In this document: positions 22,447 to 24,000 of the stretch, piece by piece
How positions within the stretch are numbered: the first letter of the stretch is position 1
Layout: the number at the start of each line of letters is the position of its first letter
Source: Desulfobacterales bacterium
GTDB lineage: Bacteria; Desulfobacterota; Desulfobacteria; Desulfobacterales; JAHEIW01
Direction of reading: 5' to 3'
Length of the DNA: 24,000 nt
Assembly: GCA_030601425.1 (NCBI GenBank)
Contig: JAUVTR010000004.1
Span: forward strand, 1,888-25,887
Notes under the pieces: model-generated
The model's database searches: none
What the model was told of the DNA's origin: nothing
Seen by the model: the letters and a program-made list of their open reading frames with translations, nothing else
Made by a program: the position numbers and the translations under genes

Positions 22447-24000
22447 TTATTTTTGGCCGTTTTCCCCGTTTTTCCCGTTGGCAAAGAATCGGCCCAGCCC
22501 GTGGAGAATTACACCGGCCAAAGAGCCCAGAACAGCGATCCAGCCGAAAGTATCGAGCCATTTTCCCTGGTCGCGGCCGGGCATATAAAAGCCGCCCAGA
22601 TTGGCCAGACGGGAATCCTGTCGACTGTGACACGCGGTACAGGCCAAGGTGTTTTCTTTGGGCGCCACCATATGGGTAATCGGGAATACATAGGTGGTCT
22701 CCACAAAGTCAAACCGCCCTGAAAAAGGTAGTTCCACAGATTCCTGGCCCTTGCTCAACGCCCGATTCCAATCAAGAGTGGTCCAGTAACCATCTTTGCC
22801 GGACAGCAGCGGCACAAGCAAGGTGTTGTGCTCCTTGTCGTATGGCTGTTTGCCGCGATGGACTTTAAACGGATAAATGCGGGCATCGGCATCCAGCCGG
22901 TTACCTTCGGGCCAGGAAATCTTAACGGTTTGGCCCGGATCAATTTGATCCTTGGTGGTCACTGATTTAATGATGCCGTTATACCAGTAATACGCGGGCT
23001 CGACGTTCCTGGCCCACTTCATCTGACCTTTGATGGTCATATAATCGTATTTGCCGAAAGCGTCTTTGGTCTTGTATTTTTTACCGTTTTTTGTTTTGCC
23101 GGCCTGGGCCCAATCCCAGGACATCTTGGTGGGATTCACCCGGGCAAACTCCGGAATATGACAGCTCTGGCAGGCCACCTTATCGGTATGATCGTTGGCT
23201 TTGGACCCGGCTTTATGGGGTATATGGGTGTGACAGGATTCACAGGTGATCTTGGAGGCCAAATCGTCCTCCACCAGACTCTTGCGATCCACCGCCGCCG
23301 GTAAGGTGTAAACGCGTCCGGCAATGTTATGCAGGGTGGTGTTGTGACAGCGCACACAATCGAAATTCTGGCTGTCCACTCCCATATGTACATCCAGGGC
23401 CTTGTTGGGTTTGACCAGGGAGGTATCCAGATCGCCGTGTTTAACACCGTCACCACCCCCTCCGTAAAAGTGGCAGGACCCGCAATTTTTGCGCCCGGGT
23501 CGAGCCACATTCTGGGCTGCCTCGCGCAGTTCAGCCTGGATCTCTCTGGCAATCTCCAACGAATCCTCATCGCCGGCATCGAGAAAAGCCGCAATATCTT
23601 CGACGCTTTCATCCCAGTTCATTTCTTTGCGACTGTGACAGACCAGACAGTTGATCCCGTTATCCATGGAGGTGCCCCATCCCGGATGACAGGCCAGACA
23701 GCTCTTATCTTTGGTTTTGTTGGTTGAAATGCAGAAATTATTGAGTGAACCTCCGGCCTTGCCGAACTTTTTTTCTTTGTCAGACGGATCAGCCAGCCAG
23801 GTCCAGTGAATGGTTTTGTGAAACTGGGATTCCGCTTCAGAATGACAGGAAAGACAGGCCTGGGTGACTTCCAGACCTGATTTGAAATTCTGCTGCAAAG
23901 CCTTGTGTTTGGTATGATCGGTGGTATTCCAGATATTTTTGCCCTTGGTGGCCTGCCGGGCCATGGCGCGACCGGGTGCCTGGTTCTGATCGCTCTGTGC
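22447..24000 (-). CDS. Octaheme c-type cytochrome (Otr/tetrathionate-reductase-family-like) with C-terminal TM helix; 5' end probably off-window
   Basis: Eight CxxCH motifs: CLSCH, CLACH, CLVCH, CGSCH, CVRCH, CESCH, CQSCH, CTACH. A long gap of about 170 aa separates hemes 7 and 8. A C-terminal hydrophobic helix, FGWIAVLGSLAGVILHGLG, is present. The track's Met at 23964 has no signal peptide, and the frame stays open to 24000 (AQSDQNQAPGRA upstream). Confidence 0.85.
   Translation of the reverse strand, partial: AQSDQNQAPGRAMARQATKGKNIWNTTDHTKHKALQQNFKSGLEVTQACLSCHSEAESQFHKTIHWTWLADPSDKEKKFGKAGGSLNNFCISTNKTKDKSCLACHPGWGTSMDNGINCLVCHSRKEMNWDESVEDIAAFLDAGDEDSLEIAREIQAELREAAQNVARPGRKNCGSCHFYGGGGDGVKHGDLDTSLVKPNKALDVHMGVDSQNFDCVRCHNTTLHNIAGRVYTLPAAVDRKSLVEDDLASKITCESCHTHIPHKAGSKANDHTDKVACQSCHIPEFARVNPTKMSWDWAQAGKTKNGKKYKTKDAFGKYDYMTIKGQMKWARNVEPAYYWYNGIIKSVTTKDQIDPGQTVKISWPEGNRLDADARIYPFKVHRGKQPYDKEHNTLLVPLLSGKDGYWTTLDWNRALSKGQESVELPFSGRFDFVETTYVFPITHMVAPKENTLACTACHSRQDSRLANLGGFYMPGRDQGKWLDTFGWIAVLGSLAGVILHGLGRFFANGKNGENGQK

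Noticed and set aside
22352-22722. ORFs 22352-22633 (-) and 22384-22722 (+) overlapping the 3' end of the cytochrome gene and the terminator.
   Set aside because: They are out of frame or antisense to a gene with eight heme motifs. They span the terminator hairpin and have no motifs or ribosome-binding sites.

Overview
The roughly 21 protein-coding genes I can support all read on the minus strand. The plus-strand ORFs in the track look like shadow frames. The content suggests an anaerobic, sulfate-reducer-like Desulfobacterota/Deltaproteobacteria genome; this is inferred from gene content only.

Block 1 (1-7040) is a transport and oxidation module. It holds two Gfo/Idh/MocA-type oxidoreductases, a tripartite tricarboxylate-type transporter (TctC-TctB-TctA), a MetE/UroD-superfamily-like protein and a stand-alone PocR sensor-domain protein.

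Block 2 (7037-24000) is a dense redox and signalling island. It contains:
- a four-gene Tmc-type transmembrane redox complex: tetraheme cytochrome c3, an HdrD-like FeS/CCG protein, a membrane cytochrome b-like protein and a Trp-rich repeat protein;
- an orphan protein, a tandem Usp and a stand-alone receiver upstream of the tmc genes, apparently driven by a near-consensus sigma-54 promoter with a perfect 20-bp palindrome upstream;
- a receiver-less PAS-PAS sigma-54 activator;
- two paralogous REC-histidine-kinase hybrids;
- a membrane histidine kinase whose periplasmic domain carries c-type heme-binding motifs;
- three stand-alone receivers in total (including the one upstream of tmc);
- an octaheme cytochrome c that runs off the window edge.

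I found no rRNA, tRNA, CRISPR array, transposase, integrase or recognisable defence gene.

Three things stand out:
1. A heme/Cys-PAS multi-kinase network is wired to a sigma-54-controlled tmc operon.
2. Long imperfect palindromes, with arms built from 7-8 nt tandem units, fill the large intergenic gaps. One has perfect 15-bp termini ending in CTAG and supplies a gene's stop codon.
3. One kinase paralog carries a PAS-PAS insertion flanked by a duplicated, degenerate H-box.

All family assignments come from motif reading by eye. No database search was possible.
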